From Burkholderiales bacterium (GTDB taxonomy: Bacteria; Pseudomonadota; Gammaproteobacteria; Burkholderiales; SG8-39), in NCBI GenBank assembly GCA_965279075.1, contig CBDIHI010000007.1, forward strand, positions 155,870-219,869: 64,000 nucleotides of DNA. The letters run 5' to 3'. Below the pieces are notes generated by a model that had not been told where the DNA came from, searched no databases, and saw only the letters and a program-made list of their open reading frames with translations. A program made the translations under genes and the position numbers. Below are positions 48,919 through 57,422 of the stretch, piece after piece; positions within the stretch are counted from its first letter, which is position 1, and each line of letters begins with the position of its first letter.

Positions 48919-51900
48919 ATGAGCCAGGACCGGTTCAACCTTTCCGCCGCGGCCCTGCGCTACCGCGAGCTGACGCTGTTCTTCATCCTCGCGATCGCGA
49001 TCGGCGGCGTGGCCGCCTACTTCAACCTCGGCCAGCGCGAGGACCCGGACTTCGCCTTCCGCGCGATGGTGATCCGCACCATGTGGCCCGGCGCCACCAC
49101 CGAGCAGGTCGACCGGCAGATCACGGACCGGATCGAGAAGAAGCTGCAGGAGACGCCCTACTTCAAGTGGACGCGCAGCTACTCCAAGCCCGGCGAGTCG
49201 CTGATCATCCTCGAGCTGCTCGACACCTCCGCGCCGAAGGACGTGCCCGCCATCTGGTACCAGGTGAGGAAGAAGGTCGGCGACATCCACCAGGCCCTGC
49301 CCGCCGAGGCGATCGGCCCGTTCTTCAACGACGAGTTCGGCGACGTGTTCGGCTCGATCTACGCGTTCACCGCCGACGGCTACTCGCATTCGGAGCTGCG
49401 CGACCACGTCGAGCGCGTGCGCCAGGAACTGCTGCGCCTGCCCAACGTCGCCAAGATCGAGCTGGTCGGCGTGCAGGACGACAAGATCTTCGTGGAGCTC
49501 TCGACCAAGAAGCTGGCGAGCCTCGGCATCGACCCATCCGCCATCGGCCAGGCGCTGCAGGTGCAGAACGCGGTCGTCAGCCCCGGGACGGTAGAGACGA
49601 AGGAGAGCTCGGTGTCGCTGCGCGTCAGCGGCCAGCTCGATTCGGTGAAGGCCGTGTCCGACCTGCTGCTGCGGGCCGGCGGGCAGACGATCCGGCTGGG
49701 CGACATCGCCACCGTCACCCGCGGCTACGCCGACCCGCCGGTATCCTACATGCGCTCGCGCGGCAAGCCGGCCATCGGACTCGCGGTCTCCATGGTCGCG
49801 ACCGGCGACGTGCTGCAGCTCGGCACCGACCTGCGCGCCACGATGGCGCGCCTGAAGGCCGACCTGCCCGTGGGCATCGAGTTCGAGCAGGTGTCCGACC
49901 AGCCCGCGGTGGTGGCGAATTCGGTGGGCGAGTTCATGCGCTCGCTGCTCGAGGCGGTCGCGATCGTGCTGGTGGTGTCGTTCCTGTCGCTCGGCGCGCG
50001 CACGGGGCTGGTGGTCGCGCTGACGATCCCGCTGGTGCTCGCGGCGACCTTCCTCGCGATGCGCTTCTTCTCGATCGACCTGCACCGCATCTCGACCGGC
50101 GCGCTGATCATCGCGCTGGGCCTCCTGGTGGACGACGCGATGATCGCGGTCGAGATGATGGCGAGGAAGCTCGAGGAAGGCTACGACAAGGTGAGCGCGG
50201 CCACTTACGCCTACACTTCCACGGCGTTCCCGATGCTTTCCGGCACCATCATCACGGCGGCGGGGTTCCTTCCGATCGCCACGGCCAAGTCGACCACGGG
50301 CGAGTACACGTTCGCGATCTTCGCGGTGACGACGATCGCGCTGATCATCTCCTGGTTCGCGGCCGTGACCGTGACGCCGTTCCTCGGCGCCTGGCTGCTG
50401 AAGGAGCACAAGGCCGCGGACGGCGAGCCGCACGACGTGTTCACGACGCCCTTCTATACCCGGCTGCGCGGCCTGATCGACTGGTGCATCGGGCACCGCA
50501 AGACGGTGCTAGCCGCGACCGCGGCCACCTTCCTGCTCGGCATCGCCGGCATGGGCCTGACCGAGAAGCAGTTCTTCCCTTCCTCCAACCGGGTGGAGCT
50601 GATGATCGAGCTGTGGCTGCCCGAGGGCGCCTCGATCACGGCCACGGGACGGGAGGCGGCGCGCATGGAGGCGAAGCTCGCCAGCGACCCGGACGTCGCG
50701 AGCTACGTGACCTACGTCGGCAACGGCTCTCCGCGGTTCTTCCTGTCGCTCGAGCAGCAGCTGTTCCGCTCGAACTACGCGCACCTCATCGTGCTGACCA
50801 AGGACATTCCCGGGCGCGAGCGGGTGGTCGACCGGGTGCGCAAGGTACTCGACGCCGACTTCCCGGGCATCCGCGGGCGCATCAACCGCGTGCCGCTCGG
50901 ACCACCGGTGAACTACCCGATCCAGTTCCGCGTGATCGGGCCCGACGCGAAGGTCCTCAAGCCCCTGGCCGAGCAGGTGGCCGAAAAGATGCGCGCCAAC
51001 CCCAGCACGCTGGACGTGAACTTCGACTGGGGCGACCGCGTGCTCGCGCTGAAGGTCGAGGTCGACCAGGAGAAGGCGCGGGCGCTGGGGGCGACCTCGC
51101 AGGGCGTGGCCCGGGCGACCGCGGCGGTGGTGTCGGGCGTGCCGCTCGGCACCTACCGCGAGAACGACCGCATCATCGACGTGATGCTGCGCGCCCCGGC
51201 CGGCGAGCGCGGCACGCTCGAGTCGCTAGCGGAGCTGTCGGTGCCGACCGCAAACGGGCGCACGGTGCCGCTTGCGCAGGTCGCGACGATCTCGGAGGCG
51301 CTCGAGGAGCCCATCATCTGGCGCCGCAGCCGGGAACTCACGCTGACCGTGCGCGCCGACATCGTGGACGGCGTGCAGGCGCCGGACGTGAGCATGGCGA
51401 TCCAGAAGACCCTGGGCGCGATCGAGGCGAAGCTCCCTCCCGGGTACCGCGTGGAGGCGGGCGGCGCCTACGAGGAGAACTTCAAGGCGCAGAACTCGAT
51501 CGCCGCCGGCATGCCCATGGTGGTGGCCGTGATCCTTGCGATGCTGATGATCCAGCTGAAGAGTTTCTCGCGCACCTTCATGGTGGTGCTGACCGCGCCG
51601 CTCGGGGTGGTGGGCATCGCGCTCGCGCTGCTCCTGTTCGGCCAGCCGTTCGGCTTCGTCGCGCTGCTCGGCGTGATCGCGCTGGCCGGCATGATCATGC
51701 GCAACTCCGTGATCCTGGTGGACCAGATCGAGCAGGATGTGCAGGCCGGCCACCCGGTGTGGACCGCGATCAGGGAGTCGGCCGTGCGGCGCTTCCGTCC
51801 CATCGTGCTGACGGCCGCGGCCGCGGTGCTGGCCATGATCCCGCTCACGCGCAGCGTGCTGTGGGGGCCGATGGCCTACGCGATCATGGGCGGTCTGATC

Positions 51901-51981
51901 GTCGCCACGGTGCTGACATTGCTGTTCGTGCCGGCGCTCTACGCCACCTGGTTCAAGGTGAAGCGCCCGGCGATGGGCTGA
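48919..51981 (+). CDS. RND efflux permease (AcrB/AcrD/AcrF family)
   Basis: 1020 aa with a 12-TM pattern and two large periplasmic loops. Confidence 0.95.
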   Translation: MSQDRFNLSAAALRYRELTLFFILAIAIGGVAAYFNLGQREDPDFAFRAMVIRTMWPGATTEQVDRQITDRIEKKLQETPYFKWTRSYSKPGESLIILELLDTSAPKDVPAIWYQVRKKVGDIHQALPAEAIGPFFNDEFGDVFGSIYAFTADGYSHSELRDHVERVRQELLRLPNVAKIELVGVQDDKIFVELSTKKLASLGIDPSAIGQALQVQNAVVSPGTVETKESSVSLRVSGQLDSVKAVSDLLLRAGGQTIRLGDIATVTRGYADPPVSYMRSRGKPAIGLAVSMVATGDVLQLGTDLRATMARLKADLPVGIEFEQVSDQPAVVANSVGEFMRSLLEAVAIVLVVSFLSLGARTGLVVALTIPLVLAATFLAMRFFSIDLHRISTGALIIALGLLVDDAMIAVEMMARKLEEGYDKVSAATYAYTSTAFPMLSGTIITAAGFLPIATAKSTTGEYTFAIFAVTTIALIISWFAAVTVTPFLGAWLLKEHKAADGEPHDVFTTPFYTRLRGLIDWCIGHRKTVLAATAATFLLGIAGMGLTEKQFFPSSNRVELMIELWLPEGASITATGREAARMEAKLASDPDVASYVTYVGNGSPRFFLSLEQQLFRSNYAHLIVLTKDIPGRERVVDRVRKVLDADFPGIRGRINRVPLGPPVNYPIQFRVIGPDAKVLKPLAEQVAEKMRANPSTLDVNFDWGDRVLALKVEVDQEKARALGATSQGVARATAAVVSGVPLGTYRENDRIIDVMLRAPAGERGTLESLAELSVPTANGRTVPLAQVATISEALEEPIIWRRSRELTLTVRADIVDGVQAPDVSMAIQKTLGAIEAKLPPGYRVEAGGAYEENFKAQNSIAAGMPMVVAVILAMLMIQLKSFSRTFMVVLTAPLGVVGIALALLLFGQPFGFVALLGVIALAGMIMRNSVILVDQIEQDVQAGHPVWTAIRESAVRRFRPIVLTAAAAVLAMIPLTRSVLWGPMAYAIMGGLIVATVLTLLFVPALYATWFKVKRPAMG

Positions 51982-51993
51982 CCCGGGGCCCGG

Positions 51994-52968
51994 TCATTCG
52001 GCCGTGATGCCCGCCGCCTTGATGATCTTCGCGTATTTCGGCACGCCGTCGCGGATCATCGCGGCGAGGTCGGCGGGGGTGCCGGTCAGCGGCTCCGCGC
52101 CGGCCTTGTCCAGGGCCGCCTTCATGTCCGGCGTGGCGATCAGCGAAACCAGTTCCCTGTTCACCCGGTCGACCACGGGCTGGGGCGTGCCGGCCGGCGC
52201 CATCAGCGCGAGCCACAGCGAGGCGTCGAACCCCGCGTAGCCCGACTCCGCCACCGTGGGGACGTCCGGCAGCGAGGGCGAGCGCTTGGGCGTGCCCACG
52301 GCGAGGGCGCGCACGCGCCCGGACCGGGCCTGCGACAGCAGCGCAGGCAGGCTGCCGAACAGGATCTCCACCTGGCCGCTGACGACCGCGACACCCGCGG
52401 GCCCGTTGCCGTTGTAGGGGATGTGCAGCATGTAGGTGCCCGAGACCGACTTCAGCATCTCCATCGCGAGGTGCGTGGTCGAGCCGACGCCGGCGGACGC
52501 GTAGTTGAGCTTGCCCGGCTTCGACCGGGCGAACTCGACGAGTTCCTTCAGGGTCTTCGCGGGGAGCGCCGGGTTGACCACCAGCAGGTAGGGCGACACC
52601 GCCATCAGCCCGATCGGCGCGAAATCCTTCACCGGGTCGTATTCGAGCTTCGCATAGACCCCCGGTGCCACGACGTGCGTGCTGGTGGAGGCGACCGTGA
52701 GGTTGTAGCCGTCCGGCGCCATCCGCGCGACCGCCGCGGTGCCCAGCGTGCCGCCGCCACCGCCGCGGTTCTCGATGACGATAGCCTGGCCGAGGCGCTC
52801 GGAGAGCTTCTGCGCGACGATCCGCGCGACGATATCGGTCGACCCGCCCGGCGGGAAGGGCACCATCAGCCGGATCGGTTTCGACGGCCAGGCCTGCGCG
52901 GCGGCGTGCGGGGCGAACAGGACGGCGGCCGCGCAGAAGGCAGCGGCGAAAAATGTTCTTATGGTCAT
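51994..52968 (-). CDS. Bug/TctC-family substrate-binding protein
   Basis: A signal peptide is followed by AQAWPSKPIRLMVPFPPGGSTD. Confidence 0.9.
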   Translation of the reverse strand: MTIRTFFAAAFCAAAVLFAPHAAAQAWPSKPIRLMVPFPPGGSTDIVARIVAQKLSERLGQAIVIENRGGGGGTLGTAAVARMAPDGYNLTVASTSTHVVAPGVYAKLEYDPVKDFAPIGLMAVSPYLLVVNPALPAKTLKELVEFARSKPGKLNYASAGVGSTTHLAMEMLKSVSGTYMLHIPYNGNGPAGVAVVSGQVEILFGSLPALLSQARSGRVRALAVGTPKRSPSLPDVPTVAESGYAGFDASLWLALMAPAGTPQPVVDRVNRELVSLIATPDMKAALDKAGAEPLTGTPADLAAMIRDGVPKYAKIIKAAGITAE

Positions 52969-53028
52969 TGTCTTCCTCCTCGCGCAATCTTACCGGGGTT
53001 CGCTCCCGGCCTGCGAATACAATCGGGC

Positions 53029-53577
53029 ATGCGAAACCGCCTGCTCATGCTTTTTGCGCTGGTCGCGTTCCAGGCCCATGCCGCCGGCCCCGCCCGCGCC
53101 CCAGACATCCACTACGACCCGACGCCGCCGAATGTCGTCGCGAGCATGCTCGGACTGGCGAAGGTGGGCCGCGATGACGTGGTCTACGACCTGGGGTGCG
53201 GCGACGGCCGGGTCGTCATCGCCGCGGCGAGGGAGGCGGGCGCGCGCAGCGTGTGCGTAGACATCGACCCCGTGCGCATCCGCGAAAGCCGCGGCAACGC
53301 GGCCGCGGCCGGCGTGCAGTCGAGGATCGCCTTCCGCGGCGAGGACCTGTTCACGACCGAGATCGCCGGCGCCAGTGTGGTGGTGGTCTTCCTCTGGCCG
53401 GACCTGAACCTGAAGCTGCGCGAGCGCTTGTGGAAGGAACTCAGGCCCGGCACGCGGGTGATCTCCTACGTGCACGACATGGGCGACTGGAAGCCGGACG
53501 AGGTGGTCCGCGTGCAGGGCGCCTTCGGCGAGAGGAACCTCTACCTCTGGAGGATCGCCCCGGCCGGCGGCAGGTAG
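53029..53577 (+). CDS. Class I SAM-dependent methyltransferase-fold protein with an N-terminal signal peptide
   Basis: Signal peptide MRNRLLMLFALVAFQAHAAG, then motif I VVYDLGCGDGRVVIAAA and an acidic post-I residue (VCVDID). Confidence 0.75.
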   Translation: MRNRLLMLFALVAFQAHAAGPARAPDIHYDPTPPNVVASMLGLAKVGRDDVVYDLGCGDGRVVIAAAREAGARSVCVDIDPVRIRESRGNAAAAGVQSRIAFRGEDLFTTEIAGASVVVVFLWPDLNLKLRERLWKELRPGTRVISYVHDMGDWKPDEVVRVQGAFGERNLYLWRIAPAGGR

Positions 53578-53587
53578 CCCGGCGCCT

Positions 53588-54133
53588 TCACGCCTCCAGC
53601 GCGATCTGCCTGCGCAGTTCCTTGTAGTGCTCCTGCGCGCCGCCGGCCGCGAGCGGGTCCTGCTTCGGCGGGACGGCGTTGCGCACGTCTTCCCAGTCCC
53701 CGCGGGTGAGCGAGGCGGCCGCCCGGGAGAGGACGTCCTCCTCTTCCTTGGCGATGTGGTTGCCGTAGTAGACGAGGTAGGTGGCCGCGGCGACCTCCAC
53801 CTCGGCGCGCGAGACGACCGCGCCGTCTACGACGCCCTGCAGCAGGTCGCGCAGCGTCTCCCCGGCGAGCGCGATGACGCGGTGCTCCTGCGCGAGCCGC
53901 GCCAGCATCAGGGCGAGGTCCGGGCAATGGCGTCCCAGGCGCAGGAAGGCGACGTCCTCGCGCGGGTGGTGCGAGGCGTCCGAGTAGTCGCGCAGGTAGG
54001 AGACGATGTCGAGCATCAGCTCGTAGTTCGGGCGCTCGCCCGTGTGGAACACGTCCAGCTGCCGCTGGAGCATGGCCAGCAAGCGGCCGAAGTACTCGTG
54101 TTCGGCGTGCCAGGCGGCGACGGGGTCGGCCAT
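53588..54133 (-). CDS. Hemerythrin (HHE cation-binding) domain protein
   Basis: His/Glu ligand pattern (WHAEHEYF, HHPREDV, QEHRV, HIAKEEED). The start is placed at MADPVAAW. Confidence 0.8.
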   Translation of the reverse strand: MADPVAAWHAEHEYFGRLLAMLQRQLDVFHTGERPNYELMLDIVSYLRDYSDASHHPREDVAFLRLGRHCPDLALMLARLAQEHRVIALAGETLRDLLQGVVDGAVVSRAEVEVAAATYLVYYGNHIAKEEEDVLSRAAASLTRGDWEDVRNAVPPKQDPLAAGGAQEHYKELRRQIALEA

Positions 54134-54137
54134 GGGG

Positions 54138-55127
54138 CTACTCCTCGCCTTCCCTGCCGGCACTGGCATGCTGGGCGGAAGCGTTGCTCGCAGCCGTCTT
54201 CTGCAGCGGCGCGCATTCCTGGGCAATGCCCATCCCGGATACGACCAGCAGCGCGGACATCCAGCTCGCCGGCCCGAGGTAGCGCAAGGGTGAGGCAGCG
54301 CGGCGGCTGCCGGCCATTGCGCCGGGAGCAGTCCCGTCCCGGCTGTCCCCGGTCCCGACGGCGGGGCCATGCACCTTCATGGTCTCGACCAGGCCCAGCG
54401 CGCAGGTCGAGACGACCCAGGTGTCCATGGAGGACTTCAGGCCGCGCGCCTGAAGGTTGAGCAGCACGGTGGCCCATGGGTCCGCCGTGCTGGTCTCGAG
54501 GTCGGCCGAGAGCAGTCGCGTGTGCCCCGCGTCGTCCTCGCCGAGCACGACGATGATGTCGGGCACGCGGCCCGGCCCTTCCGCGCGGCCCTCGACTTCG
54601 AAGGCCCAGATCCGTGCCCACTGGCGCACGTCCAGCGCGTCGCTGCGCAGCCGCTCGCACTGCCTTGCCCAGTTCTTGCGCGTCGCTTCGGGGACCGACA
54701 TGGCCGCGTGCGAGCCGTTCTGCTCCATCAGCGCGGCCAGGGCGCCGTGGATATCGCAGTGGATGAGGGCATTGAGGTAGAGCCACGCGGCGCCGGGCCG
54801 GGCTTCGGCCGCGGTGCGCGCGAAGCGCGGCACGATCATCGAGCGGAATTCCACGTGCGCGCCGGTGCGGCTCCTGAACTTCGGCAGGCGCACGCGCACG
54901 GGCCCGATGCCGGTGCGGATGGTGCGCTCGGGTTGCAGCCCGTTCCTCACGAGCGAATGGCGCCCGTGTTCGTCGCGCTGGTCCCCGGAATGCGCGAGGA
55001 ATCGCGCGCACTCGTTTTCGACGAGCAGCGCCACCAGGTGTTCCGCGTGTTGCAGAAGGACGCCTCGCAGCACTTCTGCGCCGTTGCGAAGCGGTGAGGG
55101 AGCAACCAAGCCTGCGTCCGGGCCCAT
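54138..55127 (-). pseudogene. IS256/Mutator-family transposase-like ORF, degenerate (catalytic Asp positions substituted, C-terminal third absent)
   Basis: RNGLQPERTIRTGIGPVRVRLPKFR and FRSMIVPRFAR match the IS256-family N-terminal core. The expected FLDA.Y and VxDG sites read WAFEVEG and VVSTCALG. Confidence 0.55.
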
Positions 55128-55324
55128 CGTAGCGTCTCCAGCAGTCGTTGTAATAGACAGCCGGTTGTCGTCCTTGGGCGCGGCCCGCTGCCTTGTCCCG
55201 GGCAGGATGCGCCGGGCGGGCGGGGCCCGATTTGACCCAGCGCAAATGCGAAGCGGTTATGCGGCGGGGGTTTGCAGGGTCTTGGCGAAGGTCAGGCCCT
55301 GAAACGTGCCGTCGGGCACGGGTT

Positions 55325-56293
55325 TCAGGCGAGTTTTTCGAGCTTCTGCAGCGAGCGCATGCGCCACGGGACGGGGTTGTCCGGGAAGAGGCGCGGGTAC
55401 TCGGTGTAGCTGACCTCGCCCACGTAGATGTCGCCGCGAGAATCGACCGCGAGGCCGTGCGGCGCGACGAACTTGCCGGTTTCCAGCCCCGGCCCGGCCT
55501 CGCCGCCGAGGCGCGCGACCTTCTCGCCCTTCGCGTCGACGATGGTCAGGCGCGGCCCGATGTTGGGCAGGTTGCGGTTCACGCTCATGTTGGGGCCCAG
55601 CTCGCCGATGATGAATTCGAGCTTCTTCTTCCCGCGGCAGCAGTACAGGCCGCAGGGCCGGTGCATGTTGGTCCACTGCGTCTCGTACCTGCCGTTGGCG
55701 TCGAATACCTGCACGCGGTGGTTCTCGCGGTCGGCGACGTAGACCCAGCCTTCGGCGTCGGTGGCGATGTTGTGCGCGATGTTGAACTGGCCGCGGTCGG
55801 TGCCGGGCTCGCCCCACGACAAGAGTAGCTTCCCGTCGGGCGAGTACTTGTGCACCCGGGCGTTGCCGTAGCCGTCGCTCACGTAGATCTCGCCCTTGGG
55901 CGAGAGCGCGGTGTGCGTGCAGCGGTGGAAGGGCTCGCCGCTCATGTAGGGCGCGGGCTTGCCGGGGACGCCGAGCTGCAGCAGCACCTTGCCGTCGGTC
56001 GTGCACTTGGTCACCGTGTGGCCGCCGTCGTCGGTCAGGTAGAGGAGGTCGTCATCGTCGATGTGCAGGCCGTGCGCGTGGGGAAAGAGCCCGCCTTCGC
56101 CCCAGGACTTGATGAAGGTGCCGTCCCGGTCGAACACGATCATCGGGTGCTCGCCGCGGTTGAAGACGTAGACCCGGTCCTTGCTGTCCACGGCCACCGC
56201 GGCGGCGTCCTTGAACTCCCAGCCGTCCGGGAGCTTCGCCCAGTCCTCGACGACCCTGTAGCGGTGATCGCCGCTGCCAAGAATGACCGACAT
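55325..56293 (-). CDS. NHL-repeat six-bladed beta-propeller protein (peptidyl-alpha-hydroxyglycine lyase-like)
   Basis: Repeated blade motifs (AVAVDSKDRVYVFNRG, HGLHIDDDDLLYLTD, ALSPKGEIYVSDGYGN, IATDAEGWVYVADREN, GLAVDSRGDIYVGE). Strong RBS (GGAGAAGGAAG). Confidence 0.8.
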   Translation of the reverse strand: MSVILGSGDHRYRVVEDWAKLPDGWEFKDAAAVAVDSKDRVYVFNRGEHPMIVFDRDGTFIKSWGEGGLFPHAHGLHIDDDDLLYLTDDGGHTVTKCTTDGKVLLQLGVPGKPAPYMSGEPFHRCTHTALSPKGEIYVSDGYGNARVHKYSPDGKLLLSWGEPGTDRGQFNIAHNIATDAEGWVYVADRENHRVQVFDANGRYETQWTNMHRPCGLYCCRGKKKLEFIIGELGPNMSVNRNLPNIGPRLTIVDAKGEKVARLGGEAGPGLETGKFVAPHGLAVDSRGDIYVGEVSYTEYPRLFPDNPVPWRMRSLQKLEKLA

Positions 56294-56382
56294 CGCTTCC
56301 TTCTCCTTCGGCTCTGTTGTCAGAAATAGTACCTGGACTGGCTTGGAGGTAACGCCAGGCCTCGGGTTTCAGTGGTGGAAGT

Positions 56383-56940
56383 TCAACTTTTCTGCCGGAT
56401 TGCGCTCTTCGGCCGGAAGGCTTTCAGCACCGCCTCGTTGGTCTCGATGTACGGCCCGCCGATCAGGTCGATGCAGTAGGGCACCGCGGCGAACACGCCG
56501 TCGAGCGTCTCCTTGATCGCCTTGGGCTGGCCGGGCAGGTTGATGATCAGCGCGCCCTTCCTGATCACGGCCACCTGCCGCGACAGGATCGCCGTCGGCA
56601 CGTACCGCAGGCTCACGGCCCGCATCTGCTCGCCGAACCCGGGCATCACCTTGTCGGCGACCGCGAGCGTCGCCTCGGGCGTCATGTCGCGCGGCGCCGG
56701 GCCGGTGCCGCCGGTGGTGAGGACGAGGTGGCATTTCGCCGTGTCGACGAGGTCCTTCAGCGTGGCCTCGATCAGCGGCTGCTCGTCGGGGATCAGGCGC
56801 GTCTCCATGCGCCAGGGCGAAGCCAGCGTCGCGCCGAACCAGTCCCTGAGGGCGGGGATGCCGGCGTCCTCGTAGACGCCGGAGGAGGCGCGGTCGCTGA
56901 TCGACACGAGCCCGATGAGGAGCGTTTCGTCCATGTTCAT
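56383..56940 (-). CDS. mog: Molybdopterin adenylyltransferase
   Basis: Near-colinear with E. coli MogA (GLVSISDRASSGVYEDAGIPAL, LVLTTGGTGPAPRD, INLPGQPKAIKETL). Confidence 0.9.
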   Translation of the reverse strand: MNMDETLLIGLVSISDRASSGVYEDAGIPALRDWFGATLASPWRMETRLIPDEQPLIEATLKDLVDTAKCHLVLTTGGTGPAPRDMTPEATLAVADKVMPGFGEQMRAVSLRYVPTAILSRQVAVIRKGALIINLPGQPKAIKETLDGVFAAVPYCIDLIGGPYIETNEAVLKAFRPKSAIRQKS

Positions 56941-57413
56941 TCTGCGTCGCGGATGACCTTGAAGATTTCGCGGAAGGACTTCGGCGGCCGGCCCTCGGCG
57001 GCTTCCTTCCTTGCGTTGCGGATGAGGTTCCGGAGCAGCTGGAGGTCGACCTCCGGGTGCTTCGCGGCGTACTCGGTGAGCGCCGCGTCGTCGGCGATGA
57101 GCTTTTCCCGCAGGCGCTCCATGCCGTGCTGGCGCGCGACCTCGGCCTTGGACTGGCCGTTCCAGGCGTCGAGCCTTGCCTGGATCGGCGCGGGGTCGAT
57201 GTCGCGCATAAGCTTGCCGATGTACTGCATCTGGCGGCGGCGGCCCTCGTGGGCGGTGATGCGCTGCGCGTCGCGGAGCGCCTCGCGCAGCGGTTCGGGC
57301 AGGTCCATCGACGCAAGGCGCTCCTTCGACAGGCCGACCAGCTCGACGCCGAGCTTCTGCAGCGCGTGCGACTGGGCCTTTTTCTTCGTCTTGCTGAGGA
57401 TTTCGTCTTCCAT
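56937..57413 (-). CDS. yjgA: Ribosome-associated protein YjgA (DUF615)
   Basis: 158-aa Arg/Lys/Glu-rich protein with EGRRRQMQYIGKLMR. It is divergent from pmbA, as in E. coli. Confidence 0.88.
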   Translation of the reverse strand: MEDEILSKTKKKAQSHALQKLGVELVGLSKERLASMDLPEPLREALRDAQRITAHEGRRRQMQYIGKLMRDIDPAPIQARLDAWNGQSKAEVARQHGMERLREKLIADDAALTEYAAKHPEVDLQLLRNLIRNARKEAAEGRPPKSFREIFKVIRDAE

Positions 57414-57422
57414 CGGGCTGCT

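Noticed and set aside
47641-52007. 951-aa minus-strand ORF (47641..50496) and 974-aa + strand ORF (49083..52007) over the MFP/RND genes
   Set aside because: These show the same GC-driven open-frame artefact. The RND permease and MFP frames carry the expected TM and lipobox features.
54016-55245. 409-aa minus-strand ORF and 242-aa + strand ORF (54369..55097) overlapping the IS256-like ORF
   Set aside because: Only the 54138..55127 frame shows transposase-family similarity. The others are compositional artefacts.
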